Positions 45,547 through 54,003 of a DNA stretch of 64,000 nucleotides are shown piece after piece. Below the pieces are notes generated by a model. That model saw only the letters and a program-made list of their open reading frames with translations, did not search any database and had not been told where the DNA came from. Every line of letters starts with the position of its first letter. Positions within the stretch are counted from its first letter, which is position 1. Both the position numbers and the translations under genes were made by a program. Origin of the DNA: Candidatus Anstonellaceae archaeon (GTDB lineage: Archaea; Micrarchaeota; Micrarchaeia; Anstonellales; Anstonellaceae); assembly GCA_038891035.1 (NCBI GenBank), contig JAWAEW010000006.1, forward strand, positions 2,221-66,220. The letters are read 5' to 3'.

Positions 45547-47949
45547 ATGGAGATTGTGACAAGAAGGGCAATGCTTTTAGATGCGGATTATACGATAGTT
45601 GAAGGCAGGACTGTTGTTAGGCTGTTGATGAAAGGAAAACGTTTTTTTCGGCTTTATGACTATTATTTGCCTTATTTTTACTTGGATGCCCCAAAAAATG
45701 CTGAAGAGCTGATAAGAAAGGTTCGCGTTCAAAATGAAGGAAGACAAGTCACTCCAGTAAAACTTGAATGGGTTAAAAAAAGCGTTTTTGGCCAGGAGCG
45801 TGACATCTGGAAAGTGTACTGCGAGAGGCCTTCGGATGTGCCGAAAATAAGCAAAGCACTGCCTTATCCTTCTTATGAAAACGCAATTCCATTCGGAAGG
45901 AGATATTTGATTGATAAGGGGCTCTCTCCATTTACTACACTAGTTTACAAAAGGAAGGGGAAGTTTCTCATTGAGATAAAGAAAATTCTTGACAGAAAGG
46001 TCCCGCTTAGGACCATGTCTTTTGACATAGAAACCTACAATCCGCAGGGAACTCCACGGCCCGACCAAGACGAAGTGATTATGATAAGCTATGAAATTGG
46101 GCATACGGGGGAAAGAAAGGTAATCACCAGCAAAGACGTCAAAAGAGATTTTGCAATCGTATGCAAGGATGAAAGGCAGATGATTGAAAAGTTTCTTCAA
46201 GTGATCAGGGAAAATGACATTGAAGTGCTGTTTGGTTACAACAGCACTGTGTTTGATTTGCCATATCTTAAGGCAAGAGCAGATGCTAACGGATTGAATT
46301 TTGGGATTGGACGGGATGGTGGACCTTTTAGGATGAGAAAGCATGGGATAAGGAATGTTGCAAAAATCGTAGGCAGGATACATGTGGATCTTTATCCACT
46401 TGTCCGATTTATGGGTTTTATAGGAGCATTCAAGGTGAGCAAATATAGCTTGGAAAATGCGTATGAAGAACTAACTGGAAAAAAGAAGTTGATGGTTCAG
46501 AAACTGGATATTTGGAAGATGTGGGAGGACGAAAATCTTGTAGGCAAGCTTGCAGACTATTCGCTTTTTGATGCGCAGGCAACCATGGAGATAGGTAAGA
46601 TTTTGCTTCCACTGGAAATAGAAATGAGTAATTTGACTCGACTGCCTCTTTTTGACACAGTAAATGCAACGGCTGGCCAGCTTGTCGAATCTTTGTTGAT
46701 GCACAAAAGCACACAGAATAATGCAATAATTCCTAACAAGCCTGAGGATGCAGTTGCGCATGAAAGAGAGCTTGGTCCAATAAAGGGGGCTTTTGTCAAA
46801 ATCCCGCAGCCCGGGATTTATGAGAATCTAGTAGTGTTTGACTTTAGAGGTCTTTACCCTTCTATTATCACCTCACACAATATTGACCCTTTTACCTTGA
46901 ATCCACCAAGCTCGGTTCCGGACTCTGACTGCTATATTGCACCGAATGGAAGTCGCTTTTTGAAGAGCCCGAAAGGACTTATTCCTATGGTGCTTGAGGA
47001 ATTGATAGAGATGAGAAGCAAGCTCAAAAAGCGGTTGAAAGAGATTCAAAAAGACACACCGGAATACGAAATGCTTTTTGCACGTGTGCAGTCGCTAAAA
47101 ATACTTGCAAATTCATATTATGGATATCTGGCTTATCCGCGCTCAAGATGGTATTCCAGAGAATGTGGAGAGGCAGTGACGGCCTGGGGAAGGCATTACA
47201 TTCAAGATACTATAAGAAAAGCAACGGAAGCGGGTTTCGAAGTGCTATACAGTGATACTGACTCTGTTTTTCTTTTGCTTGGGAAAAGAATGAGAGAGGA
47301 TGCTCTTTCCTTTATGGAAAGCATCAATAGGCAGTTGCCTAAGGATATGGAATTGGAGCTTGAGGGATTTTATCCGAGGGGGCTTTTTGTAACTAAGAAA
47401 AATGCAGAAGGCGAAGGAGCCAAGAAAAAATATGCTTTAATAGGGGAGGATGGAAGGATAAAAATACGTGGCTTTGAGCTTGTGAGACGCGATTGGTCGA
47501 ATATAGCAAAGACAACACAAAAAAGAGTGCTTGAGGCAATTTTGAAGCATGGTAGCAAGGAAATGGCTGTTAAGATTGTGAAAGAGACGATCGAACAGCT
47601 GAAAAAAGGAAATGTTCCGATCGATGATCTGGTAATTTATACACAAATACGTAAAGACCCTCGGAAATACGATGTTAAATCTCCTGAGCTTTCTGCAGCA
47701 CAAAAGGCAATAGCTGCAGGCATTCCGATAGAAAAGGGGAGTGTAATTGGATATGTGATTACAAGAAGAGGGACGAGCATCTCGGAGAAAGCAACCCTTG
47801 CAGAGCTTGCAACAGATTATGATCCAAACTATTATATACAAAACCAGGTGCTTCCTGCAGTAATGAAGATATTGCAGGAGCTAGGATACAGCGAGGATGA
47901 TTTGAAATTTGGCGGGAAGCAGACCGGCCTCTCCTCTTTCTTAGAATAA
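45547..47949 (+). CDS. polB: DNA polymerase, family B
   Basis: exo motifs 'FDIET' and 'YNSTVFDLPYL', polymerase motifs 'SYYGY' region and 'YSDTDSVFL'; 800 aa, no intein. Confidence 0.9.
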   Translation: MEIVTRRAMLLDADYTIVEGRTVVRLLMKGKRFFRLYDYYLPYFYLDAPKNAEELIRKVRVQNEGRQVTPVKLEWVKKSVFGQERDIWKVYCERPSDVPKISKALPYPSYENAIPFGRRYLIDKGLSPFTTLVYKRKGKFLIEIKKILDRKVPLRTMSFDIETYNPQGTPRPDQDEVIMISYEIGHTGERKVITSKDVKRDFAIVCKDERQMIEKFLQVIRENDIEVLFGYNSTVFDLPYLKARADANGLNFGIGRDGGPFRMRKHGIRNVAKIVGRIHVDLYPLVRFMGFIGAFKVSKYSLENAYEELTGKKKLMVQKLDIWKMWEDENLVGKLADYSLFDAQATMEIGKILLPLEIEMSNLTRLPLFDTVNATAGQLVESLLMHKSTQNNAIIPNKPEDAVAHERELGPIKGAFVKIPQPGIYENLVVFDFRGLYPSIITSHNIDPFTLNPPSSVPDSDCYIAPNGSRFLKSPKGLIPMVLEELIEMRSKLKKRLKEIQKDTPEYEMLFARVQSLKILANSYYGYLAYPRSRWYSRECGEAVTAWGRHYIQDTIRKATEAGFEVLYSDTDSVFLLLGKRMREDALSFMESINRQLPKDMELELEGFYPRGLFVTKKNAEGEGAKKKYALIGEDGRIKIRGFELVRRDWSNIAKTTQKRVLEAILKHGSKEMAVKIVKETIEQLKKGNVPIDDLVIYTQIRKDPRKYDVKSPELSAAQKAIAAGIPIEKGSVIGYVITRRGTSISEKATLAELATDYDPNYYIQNQVLPAVMKILQELGYSEDDLKFGGKQTGLSSFLE

Positions 47950-48813
47950 ATATGTCAAGATGTCCCCAAAGAGCAAGGCAAAAAGAAGACCAAGCAAAAG
48001 ATGTGGGAGAAAAAATGGCATTTTTGTATAGACAATCACTTCTCTTATACGGGCTGCTTTAAGCTTGGCAATTTGTTCTTTTGTAATCACAGGCTTAAGC
48101 GAAAGCTTTCTTACAAGTTGCTGATTCATAAGCTCAAGCGCAAGCACGTCTTCCTCTTGCAGCAAAGAGACTTTCACTCTTTGTGCCATTGCTTCCTTGA
48201 TTTCTTTTTTGAAGAATGAGAAAAAAAGCAAGCTTACGAAAAGGAAAGCGATCAACAAAATAAATGCTTGAGAGATTCTGCCTGGCAACATGAACAAAGC
48301 GATGTTGAAGGCGGCAAATGACAAGGATAACGCAGCAAGCCCAACAAATTTTTCAAGCGAAAAGGTGATTTTGCCTTTCTTTGCAAGCTCTGTGACATAT
48401 GGAAGAAAACGTAAAAGCATATGCAAAATGAAAAATATGCTTGCCGGGACAAGCACTGAGATGATAAATGGATATGGTGCGGTTTTTCCTTCTGCAAAAA
48501 AGGGCTGTGGAGCATATGGCAAGGCAATAGCAATTGCTGAAAGCACAAACATGTCTGCGCCCCCGATTTGACCTGCTTTGTAAAGGAGGAAAGAGAGAGC
48601 AAAAATTGCGGCACCAAACGCAAAAGCATGAAAGGTGGCTGGACTGAAAAATATAAAGTTCAAAAATATCGCAGCCGCTAAAAAAGCGTAGACCAAGTTG
48701 TTTGGAACCCATTTGTTGTTAAATAAGTCAAAATAAGCAGATGCTGCAGTGAACAAAACAGAAACAATTACCCTAATTTCAATGCCTGGAATTTGGCTTG
48801 GCGAAGAAAACAT
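47941..48813 (-). CDS. prepilin/preflagellin peptidase (A24 family, PibD/FlaK/EppA-like)
   Basis: 290 aa polytopic membrane protein with the two catalytic Asp contexts 'SAYFDLFNNKWVPN' and 'GQIGGADMFVL'. Confidence 0.6.
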   Translation of the reverse strand: MFSSPSQIPGIEIRVIVSVLFTAASAYFDLFNNKWVPNNLVYAFLAAAIFLNFIFFSPATFHAFAFGAAIFALSFLLYKAGQIGGADMFVLSAIAIALPYAPQPFFAEGKTAPYPFIISVLVPASIFFILHMLLRFLPYVTELAKKGKITFSLEKFVGLAALSLSFAAFNIALFMLPGRISQAFILLIAFLFVSLLFFSFFKKEIKEAMAQRVKVSLLQEEDVLALELMNQQLVRKLSLKPVITKEQIAKLKAARIREVIVYTKMPFFLPHLLLGLLFALLFGDILTYLF

Positions 48814-48843
48814 GCAACAGAGACTGCAGTAAGATATTTAACA

Positions 48844-50022
48844 TCAAACGTCAACTGTTTGGAGGAAGTAGTCATGCACTGCTATGAGGTCTAGTTCTTC
48901 ACATACTGCATTGCATTCAAGTACAGCAGAAATGCTTGGCTTGGTCCTCCCCCTATCCGAAGAGATGAATTCCTTTATGTATGTGCCGGCTTCTGCGACG
49001 ATGTGTAGCTTAAGTTTTTCATTTGGAAGGCAGGCTGCAGAAATTGAAAATATCTTTCTTTTTCTTTCCAAATCAGACCTTCTTGAGAGTACCCGAAGTG
49101 GCGTTTGCTGGGTTAGAAGCACCCCGGACAAACCTTCGACTTTCTTTGCATCTTGTTGACCTAAAGGGCGGTCGGCAGCCACAATCGCAATATATTCTTT
49201 TGTAAAATGTGAATTGCACACGAGATCAATGAAATTTTTTTTCACTTGGCGAAGCCCTATTGCCTTGATTGGTGATTCTGATGGGAGCGATATTTCCGAA
49301 ATGCTTCTTTTCTTCGGAGCTACCAACTCGAGCACAAAAGGCCTTCCGGTTCCTATGCAGCGGACATCGACATCTTCCCTTCCGCTTGCATGCAAAATGC
49401 AATCTTGCGCCTGCAGCCCTTGAACAAAAGGCTTTCCAAGTTCCTCTTCTATTGAAGGATAGTTTTTGCCTGCCCAACTGCACTTGTTGCAGCCTTTTCC
49501 CTTGCAAAAATTACAGTGCCATCTGCTTTGGCAGAAATTCCTTGAAAGCTTCAAGTAATGTCCGAATATATACAAGTTTGAAGGAGATGCTTTGGCTTCT
49601 TTAGTCTGGAAATTGAACTCAAAAACTGCATCAGGAAATCTTGGATCATGTGATTTGGAAGAATGTCTTTGTATAAGGCTTATCAGTTTTGCATTTATGA
49701 CGTTCTTTAAAGAACTGAATTGGCCGGGTTGGCAAAAATCCCATATTTGCTGCTCTGCTATGAGGAAACTTTTTGGCACTGAAGACGAAACTGAAAAGCT
49801 TTCCCACTCAAACTCTTTTGAAGAGGAGATTGCATGCGAAACCATTTGAGGAATCTGGCTGAAAGCACCTTTACATATGAAGCAACTAACAGGCTCTGGA
49901 GCACTTTGGACAAAAGGAAGGTGCGCAAAACACTCCCTGCATACTGAGCAAAGACGGAATGCCATATTCAAAGCACCTAAGCAAGACGAGCAAGTGCAAC
50001 GGCAGACATTTAAATCTTGCAA
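48844..50022 (-). CDS. pus10: tRNA pseudouridine(54/55) synthase Pus10
   Basis: N-terminal Cys-rich zinc ribbon, central Cys cluster 'CNFCKGKGCNKC', catalytic 'GREDVDVRCIGTGRPF' motif. Confidence 0.7.
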   Translation of the reverse strand: MQDLNVCRCTCSSCLGALNMAFRLCSVCRECFAHLPFVQSAPEPVSCFICKGAFSQIPQMVSHAISSSKEFEWESFSVSSSVPKSFLIAEQQIWDFCQPGQFSSLKNVINAKLISLIQRHSSKSHDPRFPDAVFEFNFQTKEAKASPSNLYIFGHYLKLSRNFCQSRWHCNFCKGKGCNKCSWAGKNYPSIEEELGKPFVQGLQAQDCILHASGREDVDVRCIGTGRPFVLELVAPKKRSISEISLPSESPIKAIGLRQVKKNFIDLVCNSHFTKEYIAIVAADRPLGQQDAKKVEGLSGVLLTQQTPLRVLSRRSDLERKRKIFSISAACLPNEKLKLHIVAEAGTYIKEFISSDRGRTKPSISAVLECNAVCEELDLIAVHDYFLQTVDV

Positions 50023-50122
50023 ACTTACTTTAACTCTTCTGAGGAGGATGATTGAAAAAGTATTATAAATAAGATGGATTAAAGAAAAAATGGTAAAATG
50101 TGGTTTTTATCAGGGTGAAGGT

Positions 50123-50872
50123 ATGCCTCGTGGAAAGCGAATTGTTATAGAAAAGACAATTAAGGATCCTGTTATAGCCAAATTGAAGGCAACAAAAATA
50201 TCCGAGATAAAAGCCAGGCGCATGCAACAGGAAAAAGAACTTCATGAAAGCATTCAGGAAATTGTAAACAAAGCAAAGGAGCTTTATGCTCAGGATAAAC
50301 TTGAGAAGGACCGGCTCAAAAATCTTGGCCTTTATACGCTTGACGAAGCATATGAGGAATTGAAGCGCGGCGGAATTGCCCTTTCCTTCAGGGCTTTTGG
50401 CGGAAGAGTAGAGAGACGCTCTATTTATTCTGAAAAAATAGGAAACAAAAGGCTTATTCCCAAGCCTGTGATTTCTGATTGGATTGCACTTGCAAATGAA
50501 TACTATACTGTAAAGCAGGCATATGAAGAGCTGAAAAAATATGAGAAGTTGAATTTGAGGGCATTTATTGGGCGGATTGAAAAGAATTCTATTCCTTCTT
50601 TGAAGATCGGGACCCAGCGCTGGATCCCAAAGTCGGCAATAGAAGGCTTAGTGCATATTGCAAAAAACTATTACGATGTAAGCCAAGCGATGGAGGTTTT
50701 AGCACAACGTGGGATAAAAATAAAGAGGAATGCGTTTGAAAGGAGGCTAGATCGCAATCGCATACCTCATGAAAAAATCGGGGGGAGACGGATTATTGCA
50801 AAGGAAGTGCTTGAGGAGCTCATAGCAAAAGAGCTTGCCCTTGCAAAGGGTCAGGAGCTTGTAAAGCGTTAG
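50123..50872 (+). CDS. protein with three tandem excisionase/MerR-type (HTH_17-like) DNA-binding repeats
   Basis: three ~55-aa repeats (YTLDEAYEEL...NKRLIPKPVISDWI / YTVKQAYEEL...TQRWIPKSAIEGLV / YDVSQAMEVL...GRRIIAKEVLEEL) each matching helix-turn-helix + 'RW/RL-IP' wing of excisionase-family domains. Confidence 0.5.
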   Translation: MPRGKRIVIEKTIKDPVIAKLKATKISEIKARRMQQEKELHESIQEIVNKAKELYAQDKLEKDRLKNLGLYTLDEAYEELKRGGIALSFRAFGGRVERRSIYSEKIGNKRLIPKPVISDWIALANEYYTVKQAYEELKKYEKLNLRAFIGRIEKNSIPSLKIGTQRWIPKSAIEGLVHIAKNYYDVSQAMEVLAQRGIKIKRNAFERRLDRNRIPHEKIGGRRIIAKEVLEELIAKELALAKGQELVKR

Positions 50873-50873
50873 G

Positions 50874-52202
50874 CTAGTTGTTGATGAATTTTCCCATGTC
50901 GATGTTCATTCCTTTGAGCATCTTTTCCATTTTTTTTCTTAAGCCCCTATTCTTTTTGAACTGATTGAAAAGGGAGCTTACTTTTTCAAAGTGATCAAGA
51001 AGTTGCCGTACATCCTGTTCAGTTGTGCCGGACCCTTTTGCAATGCGCTCAATGCGGGATTTTTGCTTGCGCAAAAGAGAAGCATCCTGGCGCTCTTGAG
51101 GGGTCATGGAAGAGATAATTGCTTCGAACTTTTTCAGTTTGTCTTGACTTGCCTGAAGAAGTTCTGCTGGCATGTCCGAGGCTCCAAGCATGGAGAAAAC
51201 AGATGAGAGTGGCCCAAGCTTTTTTGCTGCGCGCAACTGCTGATAAAAAACTTCTAACGTGAGTTTGTCTGGCTCAGTTTCGGCAAGCTTTTCTTCTTCT
51301 GCAATCTTTTTTATTTTCTCGAGTAAAGTTTTGATGTCCGGAAAGCCTAGAAGTCTGCCTACAAATTTTTGCGCATCGAAAGGTTCGATTGCGTCTATTT
51401 TTTCGCCTGTTCCAATGAAGGCAACTTTTGCTCCTGAAGCAGCAACTGCAGAAAGGGCTCCCCCGCCTTTTCCGCTGCCGTCCATTTTGGTGATGACCAC
51501 ACCTGAAAGCCCCACTGCCTGGTGAAATTGGGCGGCCTGCTTGCCTGCAACTTGGCCAATGTCTGCAGAAACGACAAGGAATTTTTCCTCTGGCTGAGCA
51601 ATTTGAGCAATTTGCTTCAGCTGCTCGACCAAATCAGGCTCAAAAGCGCTTCGGCCTGCGGAGTCGATTATGATTATGTCTTCTTTCCAAGTGGGCATGG
51701 TTTGCTGTAGTATCTTTTGCACATCTTTCTCATTGGGTATGCCTATGAATCTTGCCCCTGCCTGGGACGCCACTTGCTTCAGCTGCTCATATGCTGCCGG
51801 TCTATCTGTGTCGCAGCATACTACTGCTACTGACAGGCCTCTTGTTTTGTAAAAATGAGCAATCTTGCCTGCAGTGGTGGTTTTGCCACTTCCATAAAGC
51901 CCCAAAAGAAGGATTTTGTGTGGGGAGATTTTTGGCGTAAAGCTTTCGCCCAGCATTCCCACAAGCTCCTCATAAAGCACTTTTACAACATGCTCTCTTA
52001 AGGAAAGCCCAGGTGGAAGCTTTGAATCAAGAGATCTTGATTCAATTTTTTTTGTAAGCTCGAAAACCAGCTTTACGTTTACATCTGAAGAAATTAATAT
52101 CCTTTGAAGCTCTCGGCACAAGGCTTTTACTGCTTTTTCGTCAGCAACAGGTGCGCCCGTAAATCTTGCAAGTGCCTGGCGCAAGCTCCGCCCCAAGTCC
52201 AT
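50874..52202 (-). CDS. srp54: signal recognition particle protein SRP54
   Basis: N domain, G domain 'GLYGSGKTTTAGK', 'DTAGR'-like 'DSAGR', C-terminal Met-rich M domain. Confidence 0.9.
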   Translation of the reverse strand: MDLGRSLRQALARFTGAPVADEKAVKALCRELQRILISSDVNVKLVFELTKKIESRSLDSKLPPGLSLREHVVKVLYEELVGMLGESFTPKISPHKILLLGLYGSGKTTTAGKIAHFYKTRGLSVAVVCCDTDRPAAYEQLKQVASQAGARFIGIPNEKDVQKILQQTMPTWKEDIIIIDSAGRSAFEPDLVEQLKQIAQIAQPEEKFLVVSADIGQVAGKQAAQFHQAVGLSGVVITKMDGSGKGGGALSAVAASGAKVAFIGTGEKIDAIEPFDAQKFVGRLLGFPDIKTLLEKIKKIAEEEKLAETEPDKLTLEVFYQQLRAAKKLGPLSSVFSMLGASDMPAELLQASQDKLKKFEAIISSMTPQERQDASLLRKQKSRIERIAKGSGTTEQDVRQLLDHFEKVSSLFNQFKKNRGLRKKMEKMLKGMNIDMGKFINN

Positions 52203-52243
52203 AAATAAAAAAAGGAGGAAAAATTAAAGAAGAGGACGGCTTT

Positions 52244-53524
52244 TCAGCTTTTCAACTCATAGTAAATTGGAAGCAAATCCGCTACTGGGGCTGGAAGATT
52301 TTCTGCACCGACAAGAGGCACTGCATATTCTGAGAATTTTTTGATTTCAAGAAGGCAGCCTGAGTAAGTGATGAAATCTTTGGGCATTTCACGCTTACCT
52401 GTGCCTACTAGTTGCAATGGGAGGAGTACTGTTGATGTGTCTGAGCCTGGTGCAGTCAGTGCTACGCTGCCTGCCCCAAAACCTTGGATTGTATAGCGGA
52501 CGGCTTCCCGCCCGACTGTCCAAGCATCTAGCGCATCTTGGTTTGAAACCAAAGCAGGAAATGATCTTTGTGGATATCCTAGTGTGGTTGAGCGGACGTC
52601 GGTTTTGAGTGTAGATTTTACCAAATTGACAAGGAAATCTCCTAGAGAAGTCCCTCTGCTTAGGCTGATTCCACCGAAATTGTCTCCTATTACTGTGTCT
52701 CCTTTGTTTTCAAGAACGTATTTCAAAAGTGGGACTCTTTTTTTTGCTTCAGAAGAAACCGTCGTTATGCCTATGCCTTCAGAAACTACTACTAATGCTC
52801 TGCCAAATTTTTCGAATATTTCAGAAACTTTACCAGTAAAGTTATTCACAAAGTACTGAATGCTGAAGTATTCATGTTCTGGAAGGAAAAATGCGTGTGG
52901 GCCGCTTTTTTCATCGTGCTTTGCAAGCGAGGCAGAGGCCGCAAGATAACCTGCATCTTTACCCATGCAAACTACGATCTGCACGCCCCCTATTGAGCGA
53001 TTATCTGCCTCGATTCCTTGGACCACGTGGGCAACGTAAAGTGCTGCACTTCCAAAACCAGGGGTATGGTGATGGCCATTTAAGTCATTGTCAATCGTCT
53101 TTGCAACATGAAAAGTTGAAATCTCATAATTGCATGCGTTAGCAGCCACTTGCAATTGTAAGCAAACACTTGCAGTGTCATCTCCTCCTATCATGTAAAA
53201 GTAGCGTATATCATTTTTCTTCAGAAGCTCAAGCAGCCTTTCTGGCTCGCCCTTGGCCTCATTAAGTTTTCTTCTTGCAGTACCTGAAACGGCGCCTGCT
53301 TGGTTTGCAATTTTGTGTAAAAGAGCGTCGGGCTGGCGTGACAAGTCGTACACTTTTGGAGGGCATTCATCCAAAAGACCTCGAAGGCCAAAGGGAGGAG
53401 AATAAATTCTTTTTACACCCGACTTTTTCAAGTTCAAAACGAGCGAAGAAAAAGTCCTATTCACGACACGGGAAGGGCCACCGCCGAAAGCAACCAGCGC
53501 TCCGCCACTTTCAAGCTGCTTCAT
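52244..53524 (-). CDS. pfp: pyrophosphate-dependent 6-phosphofructokinase (PfkA family)
   Basis: 'MIGGDDTASV' (Asp at the GGDG position) and 'AKTIDNDL' (Lys at the PGTIDND Gly position) are the PPi-specificity determinants; preferred start MKQLESGGALVAFGGG. Confidence 0.75.
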   Translation of the reverse strand: MKQLESGGALVAFGGGPSRVVNRTFSSLVLNLKKSGVKRIYSPPFGLRGLLDECPPKVYDLSRQPDALLHKIANQAGAVSGTARRKLNEAKGEPERLLELLKKNDIRYFYMIGGDDTASVCLQLQVAANACNYEISTFHVAKTIDNDLNGHHHTPGFGSAALYVAHVVQGIEADNRSIGGVQIVVCMGKDAGYLAASASLAKHDEKSGPHAFFLPEHEYFSIQYFVNNFTGKVSEIFEKFGRALVVVSEGIGITTVSSEAKKRVPLLKYVLENKGDTVIGDNFGGISLSRGTSLGDFLVNLVKSTLKTDVRSTTLGYPQRSFPALVSNQDALDAWTVGREAVRYTIQGFGAGSVALTAPGSDTSTVLLPLQLVGTGKREMPKDFITYSGCLLEIKKFSEYAVPLVGAENLPAPVADLLPIYYELKS

Positions 53525-53690
53525 CAGACCACCTTCCAAAATCTGAGTAGATGTGTTTAAAGTATTTGCGCAAAAACCAGGCCGAGTGCCTTGGTTTTGG
53601 CCAGGTAAGCATCCCAACGAAGATATCTTTATAAATTATGCCGACGAAGACACGTCGTGAATCCCATACCTATTTTGGAGGTGTTTGTAG

Positions 53691-53906
53691 ATGGGACAAA
53701 AAGTTGGAACTGAAAAGATACAGCGCGAGGAGGGCTACCTCTATTATATCGGGAAGGATGGATATGTTTGGAAAGCGCCGATGAAACACAACAAGCGCGG
53801 CAAAAAGGCGCGTGTTGGCACTGAAAAGATAACCAAGCAAGAAGGATATATGTACTACCTTGGCAAGGACGGATACGTCTATAAGGCAAAGCTGAAGAAT
53901 GCTTAA
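53691..53906 (+). CDS. small lysine-rich protein made of two tandem ~33-aa repeats
   Basis: GGAGGTG Shine-Dalgarno 7 nt upstream of ATG, TTTATAAATT TATA-like box at ~53660; repeats (V)GTEKI-x-EEGY-x-YY-x-GKDGYV-x-KA. Confidence 0.5.
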   Translation: MGQKVGTEKIQREEGYLYYIGKDGYVWKAPMKHNKRGKKARVGTEKITKQEGYMYYLGKDGYVYKAKLKNA

Positions 53907-53924
53907 ACTGTCCATTTGATTTTT

Positions 53925-53969
53925 GGGCCTGGCTCGGACGTGAAGCTGGGCCCTTCTGTTTTTGTTTCG
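53925..53969 (+). terminator. GC hairpin + T-tract downstream of small repeat-protein gene
   Basis: GGGCC(53925-53929)...GGCCC(53949-53953) stem followed by TTCTGTTTTTGTTTCG. Confidence 0.4.
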
Positions 53970-54003
53970 ATAGGAATTAAAAAAACAAACGAGTAGTTGT
54001 AGC

